A stretch of DNA of 61,873 bases from contig DUMO01000005.1 in NCBI GenBank assembly GCA_012839865.1, positions 1 to 61,873 on the forward strand, read 5' to 3'. Each line of letters starts with the position of its first letter. The stretch's first letter is position 1. Below, piece by piece: positions 48,932 through 59,438 of the stretch. The notes beneath the pieces are model-generated. The model saw only the letters and a list, made by a program, of their open reading frames with translations. It had not been told where the DNA came from and did no database searches. The position numbers and the translations under genes are program-made. The stretch comes from Clostridiaceae bacterium (GTDB lineage: Bacteria; Bacillota; Clostridia; CAYPLH01; DUMO01).

Positions 48932-51900
48932 AATATATGAACTTGCAAAAGAACTTAATACAACAAGTAAAAGGTTGATAGAGAAGCTTGAGGAGATAAA
49001 TATAACTGTAAAGAATCATATGAGCTTTCTGGATGATGACCAGCTGAATGCCCTCTATGACCATATTGGAGTTATAAGGCATAATGATGGCAGCGGTACG
49101 GAAGCTGATAATTTGCCTGAACCTCCGAAAATTCAAAAAAAGACTGAACCTAAAAAGGAAGTAAGGGATATTCCGAGAATAATCCGAAAAACCGAGATTA
49201 TTATTGATTCAAAGAATGATTATAATAAAGAAAGCCTGCAAGGTTCCCAGGACAGCAAGAAGGACATTGACAAGAAAAAGAAGGGCAAGCGGGAATTCAT
49301 CAAAGTTGCGGATAACAGTTCCGGTTTAAGACCCGGACTTACCAGAAGCACGGGATTTGATTACGTGAATGAGCTTCTGAGCGCAAAAAAAGCTGAGAGA
49401 CTGAAAGAAGAGAAGGAAAACAGGCAAAAGGAATTAAGAAGCGCGGAAGCCGGGGCTTCAGAAGCCAGAGATCAAAAAGCCAAAGTGGAAAACAAACAGG
49501 CAAGCCCGGAACATCCGGAGAAGAATGAAGCTTTCAGGGCTGCCAGGGGAGCCGCCCAGGAACCTTTGACCGGACAGAAAGCAGCTCCAACTGACAAGAA
49601 GACCCAGGAAGCCAGGACAGTGCCTGATACATTGCAGAAAGTTTCAGATGAGGAAAGTCAGAGAAAGAAGACCGATGCAGGTCCGAAGGAGTCTCCTGCG
49701 GCACGAGCCGGTGAACAGCCCAGGAAGATTGAACAGCCCCCGAAAACTCCCGCGCAGGGCAGAACCGGTGCCAAGGCTGAAACCACTGCTCATGAACATG
49801 CTAAAAAGGACCCGGTAAAAGAAGGAAAAGAAAAACAAGACACAGCAGCCTTTAAAACTACGGATGAATCTCAGGTTAAAGCAGAAACTAAAGCTATAGA
49901 CGAAAAATTGGTTAGAAGTGAGGATACTAAAGGGAAGACGGAACATATGGTCACTAAGGAACAAGATTACGACAGGAATGTCAGAAGAGGGTCTGTTGAT
50001 ATTTCTCAAAAGAAAAAAGCGGAAAAGGTTCAAACACCTATTGCTAATATTCAAAGTATTGACTTGCTGGATGTCAAGTCGGAAAAACCGAAAGTAATAA
50101 AGAAAGAATATGAAAACAAATATCAGGTCAAAACTGAAAAGAAGGAAAGCAAGAAGGAAGTATTAAAAACATCAGGACGAAAGCAAAAGTTTTCTCCTGA
50201 AAGTCTGATAATCGGTCAAAAGAAAAAAATATCCGAATTATTGACGGATGACAGCTATACACTTGAGCTGCTTGACGATGAAATGCCAACAGGCAAGAAA
50301 AAGTTCCCGAAACCAGGCAAGGATGTCAGGAAAGTGGACAAAAAGCAGAAGCATATTCCTCAAAAAGCAGTTTTGACTTCAATAACAATACCTGCAACCA
50401 TCACTGTGAAGGATCTAGCGGAGGCTTTGAAAAAAACAGCCAGTGAAGTCATAAAGAAATTAATCGGTTTGGGAGTTATGGCAGCAGTGAACCAGGAGAT
50501 AGATTTTGACACTGCAACCCTGGTTGCCGATGAATTTGGAGTAAAAACTGAAAAACAGGTAGATATTAATGAAGAGGATATACTTTTTGATGAGTCTGAA
50601 GATAAAGAAAGTGATTTGGTTCCAAGACCGCCTATTGTAGTTGTAATGGGCCACGTAGACCATGGAAAAACGTCCTTGCTTGATGCAATCAGGGAAAGCC
50701 ATGTAGCTGCCACCGAAGCCGGTGGAATTACACAACACATAGGCGCATACATGGTTGAAATCAACGGAAGAAAGATAACCTTCCTGGATACCCCCGGTCA
50801 TGAGGCATTTACTTCAATGAGAGCAAGGGGTGCCCAGGTCACTGATATTGCAATACTGGTTGTTGCCGCCGATGATGGTGTAATGCCCCAAACTGTTGAA
50901 GCCATTAATCATGCAAAAGCTGCCAATGTTGAAATAATTGTTGCAATTAACAAGATTGACAAACCCGGCGCAAATCCGGACAGGATAAAACAACAGTTGA
51001 CAGAACATGGGCTTCTTCCGGAAGAATGGGGAGGAAACACCATATGCGTCAACATATCTGCCAAAAAGAGGACCAATATTGAAGAACTCCTGGAAATGGT
51101 GCTCCTGACCGCTGATGTGCTTGAGTTGAAAGCTAATCCCGACAGACAGGCAAAAGGTACTGTAATTGAAGCCAAGCTTGACAAACAACGCGGTGCTGTT
51201 GCTACACTTATAGTTCAAAAGGGAACCTTAAGAAGCGGAGATACCCTCATTGCAGGCACATCCGTCGGGCATATCAGGGCAATGTATGATGACAAGAATA
51301 ACAAAATTGATGAGGCAGGACCGTCAACTCCGGTTGAAGTACTTGGTCTGGATGAAGTGCCACAGGCAGGAGAAGTATTTTATGCAGTAACTGATGAGAA
51401 AATTGCGAGGCAGCTTGTTGAAAAAAGAAGAAACAGCTTGAGAGCAGCTCAAATAAAAGCAACCTCAAAAGTTTCACTGGAAGATTTGTTCTCCCAGATA
51501 CAGGCTGGTAATATTAAAGACCTGAACATAATCGTAAAAGCCGACGTGCAAGGCTCGGTGGAAGCTGTGAAGCAGTCACTTGAGAAGCTGTCAAACGATG
51601 AAGTCAGGGTTAATTTGATTCATGGCGGTGTGGGGACAATTAATGATTCAGACGTTCAACTTGCTGAGGTAACCAACGCAATCATTATTGGTTTTAATGT
51701 AAGACCCGGAGCAAATGTGGCTGAAGCTGCAAAGACTGCGGGAGTTGATTTGAGACTGTACAGGGTCATATACGATGCAATCGAAGACATTCAGGCAGCT
51801 ATGAAAGGATTGCTCGAACCAAAATTCAGAGAAGTTATAATCGGGCATGCCGAAGTAAGGCAAACTTTCAGGGTCTCCGGAATTGGCACCATAGCAGGAT

Positions 51901-52121
51901 GTTATGTAACAGATGGAAAAATACAAAGAAATTCGGAAGTAAGGCTGGTTAGAGACGGAATAGTTGTTCACGAAGGAAAACTGGGGTCCCTCAAACGCTT
52001 TAAAGACGATGTAAAGGAAGTGGCCCAGGGGTATGAATGCGGTATGACTCTTGAGAACTATAACGATATAAAGGAAAATGATGTTTTTGAAGCTTTCGTT
52101 ATGGAGGAAGTTAAAGAATAA
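48918..52121 (+). CDS. infB: Translation initiation factor IF-2 (long low-complexity N-terminus)
   Basis: [43 protein letters not shown] start. Confidence 0.98.
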   Translation: MKKTRIYELAKELNTTSKRLIEKLEEINITVKNHMSFLDDDQLNALYDHIGVIRHNDGSGTEADNLPEPPKIQKKTEPKKEVRDIPRIIRKTEIIIDSKNDYNKESLQGSQDSKKDIDKKKKGKREFIKVADNSSGLRPGLTRSTGFDYVNELLSAKKAERLKEEKENRQKELRSAEAGASEARDQKAKVENKQASPEHPEKNEAFRAARGAAQEPLTGQKAAPTDKKTQEARTVPDTLQKVSDEESQRKKTDAGPKESPAARAGEQPRKIEQPPKTPAQGRTGAKAETTAHEHAKKDPVKEGKEKQDTAAFKTTDESQVKAETKAIDEKLVRSEDTKGKTEHMVTKEQDYDRNVRRGSVDISQKKKAEKVQTPIANIQSIDLLDVKSEKPKVIKKEYENKYQVKTEKKESKKEVLKTSGRKQKFSPESLIIGQKKKISELLTDDSYTLELLDDEMPTGKKKFPKPGKDVRKVDKKQKHIPQKAVLTSITIPATITVKDLAEALKKTASEVIKKLIGLGVMAAVNQEIDFDTATLVADEFGVKTEKQVDINEEDILFDESEDKESDLVPRPPIVVVMGHVDHGKTSLLDAIRESHVAATEAGGITQHIGAYMVEINGRKITFLDTPGHEAFTSMRARGAQVTDIAILVVAADDGVMPQTVEAINHAKAANVEIIVAINKIDKPGANPDRIKQQLTEHGLLPEEWGGNTICVNISAKKRTNIEELLEMVLLTADVLELKANPDRQAKGTVIEAKLDKQRGAVATLIVQKGTLRSGDTLIAGTSVGHIRAMYDDKNNKIDEAGPSTPVEVLGLDEVPQAGEVFYAVTDEKIARQLVEKRRNSLRAAQIKATSKVSLEDLFSQIQAGNIKDLNIIVKADVQGSVEAVKQSLEKLSNDEVRVNLIHGGVGTINDSDVQLAEVTNAIIIGFNVRPGANVAEAAKTAGVDLRLYRVIYDAIEDIQAAMKGLLEPKFREVIIGHAEVRQTFRVSGIGTIAGCYVTDGKIQRNSEVRLVRDGIVVHEGKLGSLKRFKDDVKEVAQGYECGMTLENYNDIKENDVFEAFVMEEVKE

Positions 52122-52135
52122 AGGGAGATGGCGCT

Positions 52136-52492
52136 TTGAAGAACAGGACTAACCGAATTGCTGAAGAAATGAAAAAAGAGATAAGTGACATTATTCAAAA
52201 TCAAATAAAAGACCCGAGACTGCCACCCATGGTGAGCGTAGTCCGTGTAGAGGTTACACGGGATTTAAGGTATGCCAGGGTTTATGCAAGCGTGTTGGGA
52301 GATGATGCTTCAAAAGAGGGCGCAATTGCCGCTTTGAAAAGCGCATCCGGTTTTATACGCAGGGAAGTCGGGCAAAGAATCAAGTTAAGGTATACCCCTG
52401 AATTGGTTTTTGAGCTGGATGACTCAATTGAACATGGTGTATATATGAGCAGGCTCATAGATGAAGTTGTAAAGAATAAAGAAGAGCAATAA
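52136..52492 (+). CDS. rbfA: Ribosome-binding factor A
   Basis: IKDPRL, VTRDLRYARVY, LRYTPELVF. Confidence 0.97.
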   Translation: MKNRTNRIAEEMKKEISDIIQNQIKDPRLPPMVSVVRVEVTRDLRYARVYASVLGDDASKEGAIAALKSASGFIRREVGQRIKLRYTPELVFELDDSIEHGVYMSRLIDEVVKNKEEQ

Positions 52493-52646
52493 CCGTGTAA
52501 TCAGGTTCAAAAACCATGTTGTTGCAGCGTGGCAGACAGGATGACAAGCCCCGGTAAAACAATCCGCACCAGGATGTGAGCCGGGGTAAAGCATATTACC
52601 GTAATAATTTTTCAATTTTCGTGTTTCTTCCTAAGGATGGTAACAA

Positions 52647-53615
52647 ATGTTGGACAGTATAATTGCAATAATCGAAAAAGCAGAGAAAATAACCATATTG
52701 CCTCATATTTTTGCTGACGGAGACTGTCTTGGATCAAGTTTCGCCCTTGCTATGGCTTTAAAAAGAATGGGTAAAAAAGTTGAAGTTTATCTTGAAGAAG
52801 AAATTCCTCAAATGTATGAATTTCTGCCGGGTAAGGAGATTTCTTCCGTTTACAGGGGCGAACGTATCGAACCGGGTCTTGCTATAGCCATCGATACAGG
52901 AGATGTGGAGAGGTTGGGCTCAAGGTACGGTATATTCAAAGCAGCGGAGATTACCGTGAATATTGACCATCACTCCACCAATACGATGTTCGGATTCTAC
53001 AATTATGTAGATAGAAACTCCTCAGCTTCAGCGGAAATAATTTACCGGATGCTTAAGATGATGGACACAGGCCTTGACGAAAAGATTGCGGTTTTGCTTT
53101 ATGTAGCGATAATCACTGATACCGGAGGTTTCAGATACAGCAATACTACACCCCAAACCCACATTATTGCCGGGGACCTTTTGAATTTCGGCATAAATGT
53201 TGCTGAAATTTCAGCTAAAGTGTTTGACAGGACATCTTTGGCAAAAGTCAGGTTAATGGGTGAAGCAATTCAAAGTCTTGAGATTTTGGAGAATGGTAAA
53301 ATATCCGTTATCACCATTACCGACGAAATGATATCAAGGGTGCAGGCAAAAGAGGAAGACTGTGACGGGCTTGTCAACCTGGCTAGAAATATAGAGGGTG
53401 TAGAGGCGGCAATTATGCTCAGGCATAGGGGGAAGGATGAAATCAAGGTTAATTTTAGATCAAACGGCAATATTGACGTTTCCAGGATTGCCATAATGTT
53501 TTCCGGCGGAGGCCATCCCAAAGCTGCCGGTTGTACAATAAGGGGAGATTTGGAAAAAGTAAAGGAAATGGTGCTTGCCAAGATCAAAGCCTCCCTGATT
53601 GCAAATCTGCAGTGA
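52647..53615 (+). CDS. nrnA: DHH/DHHA1 phosphoesterase (NrnA-like)
   Basis: DGDCLGS, IDHH, DTGGF, GGGHPKAAG. Confidence 0.9.
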   Translation: MLDSIIAIIEKAEKITILPHIFADGDCLGSSFALAMALKRMGKKVEVYLEEEIPQMYEFLPGKEISSVYRGERIEPGLAIAIDTGDVERLGSRYGIFKAAEITVNIDHHSTNTMFGFYNYVDRNSSASAEIIYRMLKMMDTGLDEKIAVLLYVAIITDTGGFRYSNTTPQTHIIAGDLLNFGINVAEISAKVFDRTSLAKVRLMGEAIQSLEILENGKISVITITDEMISRVQAKEEDCDGLVNLARNIEGVEAAIMLRHRGKDEIKVNFRSNGNIDVSRIAIMFSGGGHPKAAGCTIRGDLEKVKEMVLAKIKASLIANLQ

Positions 53616-53631
53616 GGTTGTGAGTTGAAAA

Positions 53632-54603
53632 ATGAATGGAATGATTAATATAATAAAGCCTCCCGGGATGACATCCTTTGATGTGGTAGGCTTTCTCAGG
53701 AGGACTCTTAATGTAAAAAAGGCAGGGCACACGGGGACGTTGGATCCTGCTGCATGTGGTGTTTTACCGGTTTGCCTGGGCAGCGCAACCCGTGCCATTG
53801 AATTTTTAACTGACAATGATAAAAAATACAGAGCTGAACTTACCCTTGGCATTGAGACTGATACCCAGGATTCCACAGGGCGGGTTTTATCGGAAAAGCA
53901 GGTAAGTTTAAGTGACAATAATATATTGGATGTAGTTAAATCCTTTGTCGGGAAAATTGAACAGGTGCCACCTATGTATTCAGCCATAAAGATTAATGGC
54001 AGAAAACTGTATCAGCTTGCAAGAGAAGGCGTTATTGTCGAAAGAAAAGCAAGAACCATTCAAATCCATTCGATTGAAGTTTTACAAATCCGAAATAATA
54101 GAGTATTATTTGATGTGGAATGCTCCAAGGGAACATATATAAGAACATTGTGTGCGGATATAGGTTCAAAACTTGGTTGTGGAGGGCATTTGTCTTTTCT
54201 TTTGAGAACAAAGGCAGGCAAGTTTACTCTTGATACGGCGGTAACCCTTGAGAAAGCGAGGGATTCTGTACTGGCGGGAAGAATAAATGAAAAGCTGCTT
54301 GGGGTTGATTATGTCTTTTCTCATTTGCGAAAGGTGATACTTGACGATGATCAGTATAAACTTTTTAAAAACGGAGGATTCCTGCTGATACCAGATAAGG
54401 TGCACACTGAAACGAACTTTCATGGAGAAGGTGATACTATTCTTATAAATTCACCTGTGCATGAAAGTTGCCAGGGAAATGTCTGCTCCGCAAAAGAAGG
54501 GGATATTTTAAGGGTTTACGATTCAAATTTAAAATTTGCAGCCCTTGGGGAAGTTGTAAGGAAAGGTAAGCTTTATATCAAGTCAAAGAAGCAATTTATA
54601 TGA
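53632..54603 (+). CDS. truB: tRNA pseudouridine55 synthase
   Basis: GHTGTLDP, QVPPMYSAIK, CSKGTYIRTL. Confidence 0.97.
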   Translation: MNGMINIIKPPGMTSFDVVGFLRRTLNVKKAGHTGTLDPAACGVLPVCLGSATRAIEFLTDNDKKYRAELTLGIETDTQDSTGRVLSEKQVSLSDNNILDVVKSFVGKIEQVPPMYSAIKINGRKLYQLAREGVIVERKARTIQIHSIEVLQIRNNRVLFDVECSKGTYIRTLCADIGSKLGCGGHLSFLLRTKAGKFTLDTAVTLEKARDSVLAGRINEKLLGVDYVFSHLRKVILDDDQYKLFKNGGFLLIPDKVHTETNFHGEGDTILINSPVHESCQGNVCSAKEGDILRVYDSNLKFAALGEVVRKGKLYIKSKKQFI

Positions 54604-54654
54604 TGGGATTTGACTAAAAAACACCATTGTGCAAGACTGTTACGGGGGTTTGTT

Positions 54655-55608
54655 ATGAAAATTATCAAAAGCTCACCAGATGAAAAACCAATCATAGATG
54701 AGCAATGTGGAGTCGGACTTGGTATGTTCGATGGATTGCATATAGGACATATGGCGTTGATAAACACCCTTGTAAACGAGAGCCGGCTTCTTGGATTAAA
54801 GTCGGTTGTTTACACATTCTCAAGCCATCCGGAAAATATACTGAGCGGAAAGGCTTTCAATTCATTAATAACGCTGCAGGATAAAAAGGTTGAATTATTA
54901 TCTGAAACAAAAGTGGATTACCTGTATTTTGAAGACTTTAATGAAAGTTATTGCAGGATGAGTCCCGAAGAATTCGTTACCGCTATTTTGCTGGACAAGC
55001 TTGGAATGAAGCTGGCAGTTGCAGGCTTCAATTATAGGTTCGGACATAAAGGCCAGGGGGATGTAAATGAATTGAAAAGGCTTGGAGAAAAATATGGCTT
55101 CAAAGTTATAATAATTCCCAAAATCAAAATCAATAACGAGGTGGTTAGCAGCACCCTTATCCGGGGCTATATAAAGAGCGGGAAAATGGACCGGGTGTTT
55201 GAGCTTCTTGGCAGGCACTACTCCATAACAGGCAAAGTAACAAGCGGGAAAAAGATAGGAAGCCAGATAGGATTTCCGACTGCCAATATCGAACCGGATA
55301 ACGCCCTGGCAATACCGCCCTTTGGTGTTTATATTACCGTTACAATAATTGACGGTGTAAAGTACAACAGTATAACAAATATAGGGTTGAATCCTACTGT
55401 CGGAGTGCTTGAGCACCCTGTGGTGGAGACCCATATTTTAAATTTTGATGGAGACTTATATGATAAAAAAATCGAAGTATTTTTTATTGCAAAGCTCAGG
55501 GGGGAAAAGACCTTTAAAAATAAAAGCGAACTGAAAAAACAGATTTGCATGGACATTGATTCTGCAAAAAAATATTTTAGCCTGAATGCAAGCACTATTT
55601 GCTTATAA
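54655..55608 (+). CDS. ribF: Riboflavin kinase/FAD synthetase
   Basis: FDGLHIGH, GFNYRFG, VSSTLIR, IGFPTAN, VETHI. Confidence 0.96.
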   Translation: MKIIKSSPDEKPIIDEQCGVGLGMFDGLHIGHMALINTLVNESRLLGLKSVVYTFSSHPENILSGKAFNSLITLQDKKVELLSETKVDYLYFEDFNESYCRMSPEEFVTAILLDKLGMKLAVAGFNYRFGHKGQGDVNELKRLGEKYGFKVIIIPKIKINNEVVSSTLIRGYIKSGKMDRVFELLGRHYSITGKVTSGKKIGSQIGFPTANIEPDNALAIPPFGVYITVTIIDGVKYNSITNIGLNPTVGVLEHPVVETHILNFDGDLYDKKIEVFFIAKLRGEKTFKNKSELKKQICMDIDSAKKYFSLNASTICL

Positions 55609-55627
55609 TATGAGAGGAGCATTTTCG

Positions 55628-56611
55628 TTGACAATACATGGCACTTTGGATAACAACAAAAAAGTAAAATCTGCATTGATGCTGGTTGCAACCGGAGTAC
55701 TCTGGAGCTTTGGAGGGGTTTTTATCAAGCTGGTAAACTGGAATCCCTTTGCAATAGCAGGTTCCAGGAGTGCAATAGCCGCTTTGATAATGTTATTGTA
55801 TATTAGAAAATCAAAAATAAAAGATTTCTTGTGTAAATCAAAAAAACCTGCCGGCGGGGAAATTGCTGATTTGCCAGCCTCAAGCAATGCAAGGGCCTTT
55901 AAGGAATATTTAAAAAACTTAACAGCTGTACAGATATTGGGAGCAGTTTTCTATGCTGCAACGGTAATATCCTTTGTAGCCGCCAACAAGCTTACAACCG
56001 CAGCCAATGCCATATTGCTGCAATATACGGCGCCAATATACATATTGATTTTCGGTGCATGGTTTTTGAATGAAAAAGCCACAATGGTGGACTGGATATC
56101 GGTTTTTTTCACTTTTGCAGGAATGATCCTGTTTTTTCTGGATGATTTATCCGGAGGAAACCTGTGGGGAAACCTGCTTGCCATATTCAGCGGAGTTACT
56201 TTTTCGGTAATGGTAATGCTGTTTCGAAAGCAAAAGGAAGGGTCACCCATTGAATCTGCCTTTTTAGGAAATATTGTTACGGCAATTGCAGCAATTCCTT
56301 TCATGTTTCAATCGGTGCCGAAGGATGTGGGAAGCTGGATTGGGATTTTATTTCTCGGGGTTTTGCAGCTGGGAATATCCTATATACTTTACTCAGAGGC
56401 TATAAAGCATGTTTCCGCCCTGGAAGCTTCGCTTATTCCCATTATTGAACCAATTTTAAACCCAGTGTGGGTTTTTATCGGTGACGGTGAAGTTCCGGGA
56501 CCCTGGTCAATTGTCGGTGGTATAGTGGTATTGGTCTCAGTTACCGGCAAGTTTGCGTATCTTGCAATGAAGGCGGGAAATTCGAACCACAGGGAGATTA
56601 GTGCTAATTGA
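55628..56611 (+). CDS. EamA/DMT-family transporter
   Basis: Ten TM helices; TTAANAILLQYTAP; IEPILNPVWV; TTG after GAGGAG. Confidence 0.85.
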   Translation: MTIHGTLDNNKKVKSALMLVATGVLWSFGGVFIKLVNWNPFAIAGSRSAIAALIMLLYIRKSKIKDFLCKSKKPAGGEIADLPASSNARAFKEYLKNLTAVQILGAVFYAATVISFVAANKLTTAANAILLQYTAPIYILIFGAWFLNEKATMVDWISVFFTFAGMILFFLDDLSGGNLWGNLLAIFSGVTFSVMVMLFRKQKEGSPIESAFLGNIVTAIAAIPFMFQSVPKDVGSWIGILFLGVLQLGISYILYSEAIKHVSALEASLIPIIEPILNPVWVFIGDGEVPGPWSIVGGIVVLVSVTGKFAYLAMKAGNSNHREISAN

Positions 56612-56652
56612 TGGAAATAGCTTTTTGTATCTTTTTATGCATTAAATGTCTT

Positions 56653-56682
56653 GCTGCGGAAAGACGCAGCCTTTAGTTTTTT
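56653..56682 (+). terminator. Intrinsic terminator
   Basis: GCTGCG-GAAAGA-CGCAGC followed by a T-rich tract. Confidence 0.6.
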
Positions 56683-56801
56683 GTTAATACATGTTTCAGG
56701 TGCCATCTGATAAAGGTAAAATAAATGAGTTGACTCAATATAAGGTACATCAAGGTTTGACTTGCAAGTAATCATGAAAAAAAGATAACAGGGGTATAAT
56801 T

Positions 56802-57710
56802 ATGAAAAGAGTAGTCAGTGTAAGTATTGGTTCACCGGCAAGAGACAAGAAGGTTGAGACTGAGATTTTGGGTGAGAAATATATAATTGAACGTATAGGT
56901 ACCAATGGTGATATTAAAAAGGCCATCAGGCTGATCAGGGAATTGGATGGCAAGGTTGATGCCTTTGGAGTTGGCGGGATAGATTTATATATAAGAGGAG
57001 TAAAGAAGAAGTATATAATCCGTGATGCTGTACCCATCGTGAATGCAGCAGTAATAAGTCCCATAGTAGATGGTACGGGTATCAAGAACACACTTGAAGG
57101 ACAGGTTGTAAAACGTCTGCAGAAAGATAAAATTTTGGACCTTAAGAATAAAAAAGTCCTGATTACTGCTGCAGCCGACAGGTTCCAAATGGCAAAGGCT
57201 TTTTTTGAATCAGGTTCGGATGTAATAATAGGAGATTTGATTTTTGCACTGGATATACCAATACCCATCAGAAGCATCAGAGCTTTCGGGATACTGGCGG
57301 CAATTGCAATTCCGATTATATCAAGGCTGCCCTTCAGCATGGTTTATCCAACCGGGGAAAAACAGGAAGAGGTTAATGAAGAGAAGTATGCCAGGTATTA
57401 TTACGATGCAGATATAATTGCAGGTGATTTTCATTATATAAAAAAGTATATGCCAAGGGATATGGTTGGAAAAATTATAGTAACAAACACTGTAACTTCA
57501 GATGATGTTAAAATGCTGAAAGAACGCGGCCTCAGCATGCTTGTCACCACTACACCCGAACTTGACGGAAGGTCCTTCGGGACAAATGTAATTGAAGCCG
57601 TTTTGGTGAGCATATCAGGCAAAAAGCCCGATGAACTCAGTGAGAAGGATTATTATGAGATTCTGGAAAAGCTTGACTTGAAACCGAGGGTGGAATATCT
57701 TAATGATTGA
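56802..57710 (+). CDS. Conserved Firmicutes hypothetical protein (family often auto-annotated as quinate 5-dehydrogenase; function unverified)
   Basis: MKRVVSVSIGS, DAFGVGGID, TTPELDGRSFGTNV motifs recognised from memory. Confidence 0.55.
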   Translation: MKRVVSVSIGSPARDKKVETEILGEKYIIERIGTNGDIKKAIRLIRELDGKVDAFGVGGIDLYIRGVKKKYIIRDAVPIVNAAVISPIVDGTGIKNTLEGQVVKRLQKDKILDLKNKKVLITAAADRFQMAKAFFESGSDVIIGDLIFALDIPIPIRSIRAFGILAAIAIPIISRLPFSMVYPTGEKQEEVNEEKYARYYYDADIIAGDFHYIKKYMPRDMVGKIIVTNTVTSDDVKMLKERGLSMLVTTTPELDGRSFGTNVIEAVLVSISGKKPDELSEKDYYEILEKLDLKPRVEYLND

Positions 57711-57825
57711 TGTGCAGGAGTATGTTGCACATGTTTGGGTATCTTTTTCTTTTTACATGTAATCTTCTATTAAATGCAGCGGTCAGTGTGTTTCTCTTTT
57801 CTGATATTTTCATAAACTGAACCAT

Positions 57826-57933
57826 TGGTTTTCTCAAAATAAGAGCCATGTTCCAGAAAAGCTCGGGGGCATCGGGCCCCGCTTGCTTTTGGCTGGATTT
57901 GCTTCGCAAATAGCCCTGTTTTTCATACATTTC
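57826..57933 (+). mobile_element. Dispersed MITE-like repeat, copy 4 (short form, left end decayed)
   Basis: TGGTTTTCTCAAAA..GAGCC..GGGGGCATCG.GCCCCGC..GGATTTGCTTCGCAAATAGCCCTGT..CATACATTTC matches copy 3. Confidence 0.8.
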
Positions 57934-58126
57934 GTTCATGTGAGAAAGACAGTAATTCAAAAATTCCCGGGTAATTAATTTTCCAAAATATTGAATAGTA
58001 TGGTAGAATTTTATTATACTATAAATAAGTTCAATGGCAACACTTGCATAAAAAAGGTTTGATTCGCTTTGCGCCAATATAGGTTTGGCTTGAATATATA
58101 AAATAAACATTGAAAGGAAAGATAAA

Positions 58127-59416
58127 ATGAATGAATTAATTGAAAGGGAAGAAGTATCAAAAATCGCATCTTTTAATAGCATTGACGTTTTCAGCATCAA
58201 GACGGAGAAGTTTAAAACAAACGCCATTCATATCTTTTTCAACGACAACCTCAGTGAAGAGAATGTTACCAAAAATGCGCTGGTTCCTGCGGTATTAAGA
58301 AGAGGTACTGAAAACCATCCCACATTCAAGGATTTGGCCCTGTATCTGGAGCAATTGTACGGAGCGTCCTTTGACTGTGGTGTTGTAAAGAAGGGCGAAC
58401 AGCAGATAATTAATTTTTATATTGAATACATTTCAGACAGGTTTGTTCAGAAAGATGAAAACATTTCAGAAAAAGCCGTGGACCTTCTCATTGAAATTCT
58501 TACCAGGCCTGTTCTGGAAAATGGTTTGTTCAAACCGGCTTATGTGGAGCAGGAAAAAGAAAACCTGAAAGACAGGATAGAAGGGCGAATCAATGACAAG
58601 GTTCAATATGCAGTGGAAAGGTGCCTGGAGGAATTATGCAAAGGTGAACCCTACGAATTGTATGAATATGGAAAAGTGGAGCATCTTCCGAATATCACCC
58701 CGGAGGAATTATACCGCAGGTATATATATATTATTGAAACCCTGCCGATGCGTGTATTTATATCCGGTGACAGCAGCGACGGGGTAATAGAGGGCATTGT
58801 AAACAAGCTGAAGCAATTCCCCAGAGGTGAAATCAAAAAAGTGGAAATACCGAAAGCGAAAAAGCAGCCTGAAGCCATAAGGGAAATAACCGACAGGATG
58901 AATGTAAATCAAGGCAAATTGTCTCTTGGATTCAGAACAAATATTATGGCGGATGATGACAACTATTATGCCCTTGCGGTATACAACGGGATACTGGGTG
59001 GAGGCATTCACTCAAAACTGTTCCAGAATGTAAGGGAGAAGGCAAGCCTGGCATATTATGCTTTTTCAAGGCTTGATAAGTTTAAGGGGCTGATGGTTAT
59101 CAGCAGCGGCATTGAAATTGCCAATAAAAACAAGGCTATTGACATTATCAGGGAGCAAATGGAGGATATAAAGAAGGGCAATATTACAGATTATGAGTTT
59201 GATTCCACTTTGAAATCCTTTGAAACTACTTTAAAATCCATTGCAGACAGCCACACCGGAATGGTGGATTTTTATCTGAGTCAGGTGCTGTACAGTACAG
59301 GTGACACCCCCGCCTCCTTCATCAATAAGATTAAATCCGTGAAAAAGGAAGATGTAATCAGGGTTTCAAACATGATTGAGCCAGGTGTGGTATATTTTCT
59401 AACCTCAATGGAATAA
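58127..59416 (+). CDS. M16-family peptidase, non-catalytic subunit (YmfF-like)
   Basis: KTEKFKT, LYGASF, GKLSLGFR, SKLFQNVREKASLAYY; no HxxEH. Confidence 0.85.
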   Translation: MNELIEREEVSKIASFNSIDVFSIKTEKFKTNAIHIFFNDNLSEENVTKNALVPAVLRRGTENHPTFKDLALYLEQLYGASFDCGVVKKGEQQIINFYIEYISDRFVQKDENISEKAVDLLIEILTRPVLENGLFKPAYVEQEKENLKDRIEGRINDKVQYAVERCLEELCKGEPYELYEYGKVEHLPNITPEELYRRYIYIIETLPMRVFISGDSSDGVIEGIVNKLKQFPRGEIKKVEIPKAKKQPEAIREITDRMNVNQGKLSLGFRTNIMADDDNYYALAVYNGILGGGIHSKLFQNVREKASLAYYAFSRLDKFKGLMVISSGIEIANKNKAIDIIREQMEDIKKGNITDYEFDSTLKSFETTLKSIADSHTGMVDFYLSQVLYSTGDTPASFINKIKSVKKEDVIRVSNMIEPGVVYFLTSME

Positions 59417-59438
59417 ATTTGAAAAAAGGAGCGTTATT

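Noticed and set aside
48918..50400. Very long low-complexity IF-2 N-terminus
   Set aside because: Long variable N-termini are a known IF-2 property; no discrete inserted domain recognised
52538..52592. Short imperfect repeat CAGGATG...GCC..GGTAAA between rbfA and nrnA
   Set aside because: Only two weak ~24-nt copies; could be chance or a trivial duplication
42000..56000. Inteins or introns in polC, infB or other core genes
   Set aside because: Protein lengths and motif spacing are normal; no splicing motifs or frame breaks seen
57700..58227. 175-aa minus-strand ORF, and the similar ORFs at 29131..29415, 46118..46348 and 15104..15307
   Set aside because: Read-through of the MITE-like repeat copies; they overlap real genes
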